The notes under the pieces: generated by a model
What the model saw: the letters and a program-made list of their open reading frames with translations, nothing else
Database searches by the model: none
Told to the model about the DNA's origin: nothing
Shown here: piece after piece, positions 50,800-62,280 of the stretch
How positions within the stretch are numbered: the stretch's first letter is position 1
Layout: the number at the start of each line of letters is the position of its first letter
Translations under genes and position numbers: made by a program
Source: Ruditapes philippinarum
Lineage: Eukaryota
Length of the DNA: 64,000 nt
Direction: 5' to 3'
NCBI RefSeq assembly: GCF_026571515.1
Contig: NW_026866839.1
Span: forward strand, 1 to 64,000

Positions 50800-53700
50800 C
50801 AAGTCCTACACATCTATATATGTGCATGTATGGAGTAACAAAATTTGGCTCTCAAAAACATTTACTGAAAACTTTTACATCCACTGGTAATTATAAGAAT
50901 ATTAATATTACTGGAACGAACTTCACAGTTAAAAAACTAGAGCTCGTTTCAGATTCAGGTTTCACTGTAAAGGACATGGGTGCAATTGGAGAAAATGGGT
51001 GCACAGAGCATATAACAGTTGATCTTGGTCATGAACGCAGCGTCGGTACGATTCGAACACGCCACTGGGCCGGAAGTAATGCGGCAACAAAACTTGTACT
51101 TAAAACATCATCAAACGGACATATATGGAATATGGTTGCTGATTTAGACCCAAACGCTGTACACGCCGTCACTACACGTATTCAGCCAGCTGGTATTCGT
51201 TACATTACTTTAGAATACAAAGTCCATATGGTTAATCATAAAAAGGTTTATTGTTTTGAAGTGGATGCTTGGGACGAAAACGGCATATGGGGACCTGAAA
51301 TATCCGCTAAACCACAGGTTAACACATTTCGAGAAATCCTCGAGGTGAACGGGATCTGGGGCTGGGGAACAAAAAGTTACAGTGACAAATTAGGACCTAA
51401 CGAAGGACCTTTGTTATATAGTGAAGTTGCAAGTCACGCGCGTAATTATCATAATCTCGTCTGGGACGTGACTGATCCCGATCTTGACCCTGAATACGAT
51501 GCAATGGCAGCCGGGCATGGAACACAAGCAATGTGGTGGTTGAACTGGGATACAGAATACCGTGCATGGAATGCAGCAAATTTAACCGTAGATATTTCCA
51601 TACAATTCACAAATAAAACAGTACCGGAGAGTAAATGGAACACACCTGAGCAGTCTGCTTTTCACTACGGGCAACAGGTAGCAAAACATTTTGGTTCTGT
51701 TCAGTGTTCAGGGCAATGGTCTTGTTCAAGCAGTCGAGGTCGGCAACGAACCATGGGACTATAACGCTGCATTTTATGCCTCGGTCTTAAAAGGAATGGC
51801 AAGCGGTCTTAAAAGCATGGATAACAAATTGATTGTTATTCCTGGTACTTTCCAGGCCGAGGATAAAGACCACGAAAATACTTACATTGGTACCCGGGTT
51901 CTTCCGGAAGTAGCGGACAACATTGATGTTATTAACTGTCATACTTACAGTTTTATCAACGATGACGCAGGTATACGAAAAGGAACGTATCCAGAAAATA
52001 AACTGTCCACATTTAATAACATCCGACCAATAACAAGATGGCGGGACACAAACACACCGAAGAAACCCGTATGGGTTACAGAATGGGGATGGGATTCTGA
52101 TGGTGTGGGAGAACAGTGTAGAGGAACAGAATGTGTAAGTGAGCGTGCACAAGCTGTGTACGCTGTACGAGGTCTTTTATTGCTGGCAAGGTCAACTATT
52201 GAAAGAGCCACGTGGTACTTCTACGCCAACACCGACTGTGATACTTTATTCTGCCGCAGTGGACTCACTTCGTCTAACAAGAATAATTTTCAGAAGAAAG
52301 CAGTATTTTACACATTTCAAAAATTCTTACAGTACGTTGGTAACACTTACTTTCTTGGTATTATCCAAGAAAATGACAACGGTTTTGTTTATGCTTTAAG
52401 TGACAAGCCACATGCATGTTTGGAAAATGCAAGCGTCTCTGACTTGCTCAAACATGCATCTCACGTAATTGGTTGGCTTCCAGTTGATATTAGCAATCAA
52501 AATTCAAGACAGACCACATTACAACTTCCGGCGGAAACACAAGTATCATTTGCATGGAGAATCACCGGAAGTTTAAATGATCGATTATCCAAGACGACAG
52601 ATTATCAGCAAAGCGGCAATTTACTGGAAATGACTTTAAAAACTGAGCCTTTGGTTTTGAAATTTAACCACAAAACTATCACAAGTATTGTAGGGTGAAA
52701 GAAACTATTGTGCTCATCTATTTTTCCATTTATTTTGCTGGTCAAATTATTAAATATATGAACTTATTTTGATTGAGCGTTTTGTCCTTATACTTGTATA
52801 CTTTTCCCTAAAATATCTCAGACAATCTAAACTCATTTAAAACTCTTGAACCTAAAGTCGTAATGATAAATGGAAAATGGCACCGTAATTTCTGATTTGA
52901 AAATAAAACACTTTGAATATTCGTTAATTTTATAAATTGTAATAATACAAATGTTGAAATATTGTTGTATATATATATTTCTACCAAACGACATTTTGTG
53001 AGTTATCACGCCTGAATATTATAGTACAATTGTATTGGAATCTTATGTCGATCTCAATAGTGTTCAGTGATGAAAACATTACTGTTCATTACATTACATT
53101 ACATTACATTACATTACATTAGTTGTTGTTGTTTTTTAACACTGATAAAATTGAATATAAAATGGTTCTGAATATATGTATTAAAGTAAATATACTTCAG
53201 TTTACCTTCTTTGTCAAAAAATAAATTCATGCACGGGTTATTACACGTGGGTCTCTAAATTGAGCATCGGTAAAAATATACACGAATTTAAGCTGATCCA
53301 AATGTGCACTTTAACCCCCAGACAATATGTGAAACCAAATGAGTTCTGACGTGTCAAAAAAATTCATGCTTAAAAAATCAAACAAACTCCTTTTGAAACA
53401 TTCATTAAGATTTTGCTTCAAACAACCAAATTGGCTATCAAATTACATCTCGGCTCCATATGTGCTGTAGAGATCCATAGGTGCATAATATAAAAATCAT
53501 CAAAACAGTTACGGATACCTTTTCATAAACCATTCAATATTTTATTCGTTTTTGTGTCATTCTGAAATAGGAAGTAATATTTGGAAATAATATATATAAT
53601 TTATTCAGTTGAAAGACGAAAAGATTTTTAACTAAAAACATGTCAACTAATAATTTAAGAAATTCCATATATAAGCGAACCTTTTTTTAATTTTATATTA

Positions 53701-54808
53701 TAAGAAGGCACAAGTACATTTTTTAAGTTTAGGTATAAATATAGCAATACTAGTATTGTATCAGATATATAGATAACAGAGAATGGAAATAAGTCGTATT
53801 TTGCTTGAAAATACGTATAGATAATTCTTATGTTGTGTTTTCACTATGTAACTCGGTAAGTCCCTATGAAGAATTAAAACATAAGACTATGGAATTCATA
53901 CACGAATATCTTTTTTCAGTTTACTTAAGACTGTCCTTATGACATATGATTTATAAACTACAAATATTGACATGACTTTTGTACTTATATATAAAATAAG
54001 ATATGAATTTCATATTTCATCTCTTCTTTCTTTTCACAATATCTTTGCACAAATATACAATGTTTATTTATTACAAATTGCGGCAAAAGAATTGGACCAA
54101 TATTATTTTATACATTCAGAAATATTTGAATTCCTATTATATTTATATCATCGTACAATTGGGAAATATTTTCCATAAATGGCTAACTCCTAAATAAATG
54201 GAAAATTTTAACTGAACATAGAATCTTTACAAGAATAAAAACATTTTTGAACAATTAAATGATGAAATCTTTCATTGATCATACACATTTGTTCCCAAAA
54301 TAGAAGATCTAATTGAAAACCCATAACTTCAAACTAATTTATTTAAATATACAATTTTGCATGGCACGTTGACACGTTCGATAAAACTTAAGACAATCAA
54401 ACAGTTGCATGTTTGCTTAATATTTTAAGATTGGTCATTGAAAGTCTCTGATACATAATTCTTTTCATGAAACTTTAAGACATGACTTTATATACCAGTT
54501 TTATCATATTATCATTAGCTAGTAAATTCTATTTTGTTAAAATTTACGTCAGAGAAAATTTTACATAATGCTTTCAAAATATTAAGTCTCCTCACAAGTC
54601 TGACAATCTAACTTCTGGTTCAATGCATCCAAATAACCATACACACCGTCTAGAAGTCACATATTTTTATCAAAGATAAAAAAAACTGTGACATTTGTTG
54701 CTGTTCCATTTTCAAATTGTATGACAAACTAGGCATTTCTATAAAGGGATCACATGTATTCCTATTTTCAGTTCGAAGTTACGAAGAGTAAATATTTCCA
54801 CATTTATT

Positions 54809-56917
54809 TTAATGGAAGCCTTGACTCATAATTGAGCTTACAAGTCTACAGATATGAAACTTTGCAGCGTTATTTCTGCCTCGTATGTTCAGAGAAAGCA
54901 GGTAGCACTTAAAAGCAGCATCCATTCTTTTTTCCTGCTCCATACACTGACCTAGAAGGTTTAGTGCTGTTTCTTTATGTCCGAAATTTGGCTCCTCTAC
55001 AATGCATTTAACAAGATTGGAAATTGCCGCATGTTTATCCGGATGTCTTCTAAGATGAGAATACGTCTTATACTGTAGAAAGTATAAATAGGGTAGAGAA
55101 TCAATCACAGCTATATCCATCCATTCATCATATTCACCTCTATAAGGGAGGTCTTGTTGTGATGATCTGAACATTTCATGTTGGAGTTCTTGGGGACAAC
55201 AGTTCATTTCACATTGTAGAAACTTGACACAATATGCAGTTATACTCTGCAGCAATGTATATTCATCATCTGCTTCATAACATAATTTATCAAATGCCCT
55301 TTTACATTTTTTATGTTCAAAATCGTAGCAATGGCATATTGGTTCAACTACATCGAGATCATAACTTTCTTCAATATTTTTCAAAATAAGTTCCACCCTC
55401 TCAATTTCTCCTGTACAATAGAAAATTGATGCTAGTTTCAGTTTACTCGATATAAGGTCAACGTTCAGACATAACGACATCAAAACGATAGATTCTCGGC
55501 ATAAACCAACTTGACTATGTACGTTAATTGAAGCTAGAGCGGAACCTAAATGCATGCTTAGAAATTTAGCCAATGCACAACATGCTAATTTATTTTGCCC
55601 TTGATTCATATAATCAGTTAATTTCATCAGGTATTTATATAATGTCTGCAATAGAACTCTTATGTGGTTGATTTTATTCGTATCGTTGAGGAAAAAAATA
55701 TGCATGGTACTGACGAAAATACCAATATTTCTGACGAGATAACCTGAAATCTCACAAGATATATCTTCTGGAACAATATCTACTAACCTCAAAAAAGTGT
55801 TTTGAATTCTGAAACCAAGATGATCACATTCTATTTCAAGTAATGCACTTCCATTACTGCTTATAATGTAAGAGAGTGTATCAAGTATGACTTGTTTTGT
55901 CACTGGAGTAAAACGTCTAGCCATTAAATTGTTCTCCGGGATGATAAAATGTGGACAGTTATCATTTAAAATACAATTGTAAAGAATTGTCAGACAATAA
56001 TTCAGACAGATGAGCAAGGTGTTTTCGTTCCAAGCGTTATTGTCTGTACTTGAAATACAATGAAACATGACCGTTTTACACATAAAACTTGAAATGCTAT
56101 CAGGGCATTGTGTATTTATAAATGATTTTGAAATCATTTTCATTAGAACATAGCATCTGATTTGTGTTATATTCAGATTAAACATTAAATATCGCTCGGC
56201 AAGGGAAGTGGATATTCTCCATTCAAGTTCTTCATTTTCACTGTCTTTGCCTCCAACTCCTACAACGAAACACTCCGTATCTTTAGAATATTGTTTCATA
56301 TCATATGTAGGCCACTGACCTTCACCTTGCTGAATAATCCATTGTCTAGCTTGCAATGGCCACTTTTGACAAGTAATGGCAAAGACAATGTCAGAACTAA
56401 AGAAACCAGGTTTTTCATCCAATGATTGTGCTGGACCATGTCTTACAAATTCAGCACCAGCCCGGTAATTTACTATTGTATTCTTTAATAGTACTCTTCC
56501 TATTCTATCTCTATACATGTACTGATGGTACACATTATCTTCTGGAAGTGGAGCATCCTGTCTCAGTATCTGTAATAAGCAATATCCTGGTGATACAGTA
56601 TCGTCCTGTATCATTAACAGTTTTCTGTTACCAGGTTCCCATTCACTCCAGTCTTGTATAACTTTGTACCTGGGATGTTTTAAAAGAATATCCAGGTCAG
56701 AGCGAAGTCCAAGGGTTGTAGTGCCTTCTACTCTACTACCTAAGAAATACACATTTACATCTTCATGTATGAATCGGTGTCCTATCGTATGCATTGATTC
56801 ATTCATTAGCTCTAGTCGCCTTGTTTTTATCACCATTCTTTCGTTCACTCCTATTTCATCAAGTACTTTAGACAGTCTGAGTGACACATTGCGAGTGTAA
56901 TCCGGAATTTCCGACAT
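54809..56917 (-). CDS. cGAS-like receptor (cGLR; Mab-21 nucleotidyltransferase) with C-terminal helical/TPR-like region, intact, 702 aa, single coding exon
   Basis: 'LGSRVEGTTTLGLRSDLD', 'SDIVFAI', 'QWP', 'EWRISTSLAE', 'CPHFIIPENNL'. TPR-like 'ETALNLLGQCMEQEKRMDAAFKCYLLSLNI..RNNAA'. Splice acceptor TTTACAG 1 nt before the ATG. Confidence 0.92.
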   Translation of the reverse strand: MSEIPDYTRNVSLRLSKVLDEIGVNERMVIKTRRLELMNESMHTIGHRFIHEDVNVYFLGSRVEGTTTLGLRSDLDILLKHPRYKVIQDWSEWEPGNRKLLMIQDDTVSPGYCLLQILRQDAPLPEDNVYHQYMYRDRIGRVLLKNTIVNYRAGAEFVRHGPAQSLDEKPGFFSSDIVFAITCQKWPLQARQWIIQQGEGQWPTYDMKQYSKDTECFVVGVGGKDSENEELEWRISTSLAERYLMFNLNITQIRCYVLMKMISKSFINTQCPDSISSFMCKTVMFHCISSTDNNAWNENTLLICLNYCLTILYNCILNDNCPHFIIPENNLMARRFTPVTKQVILDTLSYIISSNGSALLEIECDHLGFRIQNTFLRLVDIVPEDISCEISGYLVRNIGIFVSTMHIFFLNDTNKINHIRVLLQTLYKYLMKLTDYMNQGQNKLACCALAKFLSMHLGSALASINVHSQVGLCRESIVLMSLCLNVDLISSKLKLASIFYCTGEIERVELILKNIEESYDLDVVEPICHCYDFEHKKCKRAFDKLCYEADDEYTLLQSITAYCVKFLQCEMNCCPQELQHEMFRSSQQDLPYRGEYDEWMDIAVIDSLPYLYFLQYKTYSHLRRHPDKHAAISNLVKCIVEEPNFGHKETALNLLGQCMEQEKRMDAAFKCYLLSLNIRGRNNAAKFHICRLVSSIMSQGFH

Positions 56918-58145
56918 CCTGTAAATTTAATTAAAAATTATTATTATCATCATAAATACAAGTTACAATAACTAAAGAAAATGCATTTCTACAATTGACT
57001 TTGTAAATATCAAATCAAATTTTCTTCTGGAGATGAAAAATTTAACAGTTTCATACTTGTTAATGTTTCTGTTTTAATTGTTCAATTTTACTATGTTTAT
57101 TGCAGCTTTAAGGAACCTTGAGGTTTAATCTGAAGCAAGAACAAAGTTGATTTCGTACGTAAGGTCTTATCTAATTCGATTTTTCTATTTTTATCAATAT
57201 ATATATATATATATAATAATCAATACTATCAATCGATATTGGAATCTTCGAATTGGAATTTGTAATTTGATAGAAACGGAACAACTGCAGAAGTAAAAGA
57301 GATAATTATCGTTCAAAGATAGTTTCATTATTACAGTTAAAATTAAAGACATAAAGGAACAAAAATAATATTAATTTCTAGGAAATGTTTGAAAAACAAA
57401 TTTTGATTTTGCCACCATGTGTTTATTTATATGAATTGTACCTTGAGTAATTTACTTCGTTTCTTTACTTCCCTTCAGGAGGCATTAAAGGTCTTCTTTA
57501 CCTTATAATTCACTTCAAAGGTGATTTTTAAGCATTTTCTTTATTAATCTTGATTGAAAGTTAATAAACCCTGACACGAATTTAGGTGTTCAAATGTCAC
57601 AACTTAGGAGAGGGGGAAAATCAGAGGATATTCTGGTTACGCTTGATCGACGCAGTATCTTAACATAGTGAGATTACATGCCCATTAAAGATATGTAAAT
57701 AGAGCGCAGAATAGTGTTTGATGGAGGATCACTCATCTTGTTGATCGTTAATAAGAAAATTACCATCCAGCAGCCGTCTACCTTTTGGATACGTTATTTC
57801 TGTTCACCAAAGGGAAATTATTTTATGATAGTTTTACCATTATTGATAAGTCAAGACTGCAGACTTTCCTTGTTGATCTTGTTTATCATAATTTTTGTGA
57901 CAACATAGCTTGGTTTAATACATATTTATAGGAGAAATTGTGTAAGAATGTATATTTCTTTCCTCAAATGTAGTGTATATTGTTAACCAATATAACGGTT
58001 ATTTTCATAATGAATTGTTAATATGAGTATTTTAACTTAGAAACTTCGTAATGTTGTTGTTGTTTTTATGATAGATAACATTAAAAATGAACTCACATAA
58101 AGAATGTTTAGACTGTAATATCTACTAGAATTAAGTTGTATTACT

Positions 58146-58745
58146 TTTTATTATATGATCTAAATATAGCTGCAATCTCATTGGTCCAAACAGTAGTCAA
58201 CAGAACTTTTTATAAAATCATATTTACTGGGTTGGTATCATATTCACTGGCTGAATTGGATTTTCCCAGTCTAAAAATAGATTGAGACTCATATTCAATG
58301 ACCATACACCTTTGACTGTTAATTACGCGTGTTAATTAAAAAAATATTGTTGCGTTTTGTTCTTTATGGCATATTTCTCGATTAAAATGTCATTACTTTA
58401 CTATTTTACTTAAAGGCTACAGCGCAATGATGAGTATAAACTTGAATTACTTTTGTATGCGCAGCGTTCGAGTACTCGTTGCACGCCTAACACGTGCGTC
58501 TTTTTTCCCGCGCTTCAACGAGGCAAAATGTGTACATGTATATAAGGTTGTACTTTTTGTGATTTTTTTTTAATTCTTAGCCTATTCATATAATAAAACA
58601 ATTATTGACTTGTGAGCCATTGAATATGATGTGATATTCACCGGCAGAAAGTCATATTGACCTCGGCTATCGCCTCGGTCAATATGTCATCTGCCGGTGA
58701 ATATCACATCATATTCAATGGCTCACAAGTCAATAATTGTATAAT
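58146..58745. mobile_element. Non-autonomous element ending in a ~145-bp near-perfect palindrome (58598-58740), Crypton-like
   Basis: 'acaattattgacttgtgagccattgaatatgatgtgatattcaccggcaga' and its exact reverse complement surround 'gacctcggctatcgcctcggtc'. Absent from copies 1 and 2. Confidence 0.6.
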
Positions 58746-59780
58746 AACTAACACTAGCCAACTAGTAAATAGCCTTCACATTGCATTGAAGTATGACATC
58801 CGAAACACCTTAATTATAGATTAATATTTTTAGAAAAAGAATAGCAGGTGACGAAGAATAAAGACATGCAGCTTAATTACTTTTATCATTATTAAAATAT
58901 ACATGATTCAGATCCTGCGTAAGATAATGTGAAACAAATCGAATAATATTGTATAATTTATGCTTGTAAACAGATGAAAATTTTGTAAACAATTGAAATA
59001 ATTCTTCAACATCAAAGTCAAAACTCATCCGGTAAATGTTATTTATATAGATAATATTTCAGAGAAGAACAACCATGGTTATGTACTGGCACTTACTTAC
59101 CTACGACTAAAACAATTATTTCAAGAAATAAACTTGAAAATTACTACTTGAGAAATAACCTATTTTCTTAAATATTATACCTGTTGGGGAATTTTCTGCC
59201 AAGTATAACAACGATTCAGTGATGAAAGAAATCACAAGATACACCATGTAATCTCTAGTTCAAAGTCTAAAATAATGAATGTCATACCACATCAAATCAA
59301 CTAATTTCAATCAACCATCAAGTACATTCCTTCTTTTATTCATTTGACATTATTTTTTATCTTTGTCCTAATGTTTTGTTAATGTCTAATGTCAGTCTAT
59401 TTCGCATGAATTAGGTCAAAGATAAAGAAAGTTAAAAGATATGATATATTAGGCATATTAGAAAAATTGGCGATTTACCAAATTTACGAAATTAAATGTT
59501 AAAAAACGGCGCATTTACGAAACTAACCATTTAAGTGTTTGAAACACTCGATTTACAAGCTGGACGATTTACCACAGTAAATGTTTTAACATTTATTTTT
59601 AAATGAAATCAAACATTTAAACATCTTTAACAGATAGTGTTGCTCCGACATCAATCCTTTTGAGCTGTTTAAATCGTTTACTTTTTAATAATTATTCATT
59701 CGTTTAAACATAGAGTACTTATCGCTAATTAATTAAGAATAAAAGAAGATATAAATACATGAAAAACAATAAATCAAGAT

Positions 59781-59939
59781 AAATACCTGTTACTTAAAGC
59801 AACTTGAAAACTTGAACATAAATTGAAATAGAAACTTGGGGATTTCCAACTGTTGATAAAACTACGTATCTAGCAAACAGAACACCTCGATAATCAGTCA
59901 ATCGTAACATGAATAATCAATATCCGGAGATTGACGTAA
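59781..59939 (-). promoter_or_regulatory. Putative cGLR copy 3 first-exon donor and immune promoter (ISRE + kappaB + CRE-like)
   Basis: Donor CAG|GTATTT at 59786. GAAATAGAAACT at 59825-59836, GGGGATTTCC at 59838-59847, TGACGTAA at 59932-59939. Confidence 0.55.
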
Positions 59940-60553
59940 AAGGCCGAAGATTTGCGATTATGCTACATATATTAACTTCCTTTAAGAAATCTTGTGTTTT
60001 ATAAATGATTTTATAGGCTATCTTGCCAATAAGTAGCGTTGTGTAAACTGTAATAGAACCAAATTTAAATAAAAAATATGAAACTAAATATACGCTTTTC
60101 TTTATTATAGAGTAATTAAACATTTTCGTAATAACATGTACAGAAAACTTCCGTTTATATAATATCTCATTTACAATACCCAAATGTTTAAATTATTAAG
60201 TTAAATATCATTTTATAAAATGACTTTTTTCACAAATTTGAATTATCAATATCCGGAGATTGACGTAAAAGGCCGAAAATTTGCGATTATGCTCCACATA
60301 TCAACTTCCTTTTATTATACCTTGAAGAAATCTTGTGTTTTATAAATGACTTTATAATTATCTTATCAATAAGTAGCGTTGTATAATCTGTAATAGAACC
60401 AAATTCAAATAAAAAATATGAAACTAAATATATGCTTTTCTCTATTATAGAGTAATTAAGCATTTTCGTAATAACATGAACAGAAAACTTTCGTTTATAT
60501 AATATTTCATTTACAATACCGAAATGGTTAAAATATTAAGTTAAATATCATTT
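59916..60553. repeat. ~330-bp tandem duplication upstream of cGLR copy 3
   Basis: 'atcaatatccggagattgacgtaaaaggccgaa...ttaagttaaatatcattt' occurs from 59916 and again from 60245. Confidence 0.9.
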
Positions 60554-60749
60554 GAGCCTCGTAACGACAAAACAATCTACCTCCGCGCAGTCTGATCAGT
60601 ATCCATGCTGTTCGCTATCAGTTTCTCTACTTGTAATAGAGTTTGTAAGCGAACAGCATGGATCCTGGTCAGACTGCGTGGATGCGCAGGCTGGTCTGGA
60701 TCCATGCTGGTCGCAAACGCATTACGTTGGTTTTGTCATGACCCGGCTC
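60554..60749. mobile_element. Palindromic MITE (family copy 3), same site as copy 1
   Basis: GAG...CTC termini flanked by attt/attt; the empty site is at ~60210. Confidence 0.8.
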
Positions 60750-61914
60750 ATTTTATAAATTGACTTCTTTTCACAAATTCAGATTCGTCCCAAGCCGTTG
60801 TTAGGATGATGAACATTTCCTGTCATATATATTTTACCTATCTAAACATTTGTTTAATTCAAATATGTTCCTGCCTCATTGAAACATGTCATATAGTCAC
60901 ATTAATTTAATTAACCATCATCAGATGCTATGTTTATAACTGGGAAGTTGTAGGTTTATAATAATGGCATGTTCCTTTCTTTTACACAATGTTCCTGACA
61001 TGTAAATAAGTGTCATCCCTACAGATGTGTCCTGATAATAGAACAACAGAGCAATTGTGGTCCTAGAATGTTCAACTGAGATTTATTACAATAGATAAGG
61101 TAATGACTTCTCCCATTTCAGACAAAAACAATCTGAAAAAATAGGTGATCCCTAAGAGGCAAACAACAATATCAATGGAAATTACAGTCTCATTTTAAAT
61201 CATATGTTAAAATGCATCACTCCTCACGCACCCCTTACAACGGCTAAGCGATATTCAATGTTCAACACTTAATCATAAATCTGGAGGGACCAGAAAAATA
61301 ACATCAAAAAGTGAACTATGGGGCAACTTTGATATCTGCACACTGCACTTAACATTTACTGTTGTAATATATGAAAATTTGGAAAACAGGTGCTCCCGCC
61401 AAAGCAACGAAAACAACAATATTAGTTGACAATTACAGACTTTGTCTGATTGGGAATGATAAGAGATAATCTAAAGGTACATCAAGTAACACATTCTGTT
61501 ACACCTAGAAAAATGTGTCATATTCAATTTCATTCAAACTCAAACTCTAAATTCATTCACCTAAATGGATATTGACCTACAATGGACCCATAATGCTAGC
61601 AAAAAGTTGCAACCATGTGTGAATCTGTGAATCGCAGACACAGAGCCTATACACACATCATATTGATAGGCTAGCCAAATGGTTGACATCAATGAAAACA
61701 GTATCCCTAAAAACCATCAGGTCAACTCTGCCCATTTTATACTGCTGTCATGCTGGTTATTTTATGTTTTTCAGGACATGTAATTTTATTTTATAACAAA
61801 ATGAATCTTAATCATGTAAAGTACAATTAAATCAAATTTGATAATTGAAATGTTTTAAATTATATCACAATTACAATATTGTCAAGTTAATGCAACTTTC
61901 ATTTTAAATGATTA

Positions 61915-62280
61915 TATATAGAGGATATTACATGAGTGTAGTTAGATACTAAATTTATTGAACGAGTTGAATAAAATCATATAATGCGAGCCTCTGGCGA
62001 GCATAATATTGTTTTATTCAACGAGTTCAATAAATTTAGTATTGAATCTGCACAAATATAATATTCTTTTTATCACATATATAAAATAAGAACAGTTAAC
62101 TGTTAAAATAAGTATGTTTTCAATGACGCGCCTATAGTGTAACGCTAACATTAGCGCGCTTTAACGCTATGTTTCTATATAGCGCAAATGACGTCATGTC
62201 AAAGTGTTATTACACTAGTGTAATATCGTTTTTATTAAATGGCTTTATTACACTCCTGCGCCGCGTTTTATGTGATAAAT
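61915..62280. mobile_element. Palindromic non-autonomous element (Crypton-like)
   Basis: 'tactaaatttattgaacgagttgaataaaa' ... 'ttttattcaacgagttcaataaatttagta' arms. The start 'tagaggatatt' is shared in reverse with ~12010. Confidence 0.45.

Larger units (their letters stand above)
40079..52698 (+). pseudogene. Second copy of the discoidin + GH-A glycoside hydrolase, disrupted
   Basis: Near-identical to 8132-10438 in three pieces (40079-40503, 50800-~51704, ~51705-52698). Interrupted by the 10.3-kb retroelement and by a 7-nt duplication (tgttcag) at ~51698-51711 that shifts the frame just before the catalytic NEP motif. Confidence 0.93.
33391..61565 (+). repeat. Segmental duplication unit B (paralogous to ~1200-21110)
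   Basis: Collinear similarity across the cGLR remnant, repeat, hydrolase promoter/intron/CDS, intergenic region, cGLR and its upstream region. Similarity ends at 'cacctaaatg' (21105 / 61558). Confidence 0.9.
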
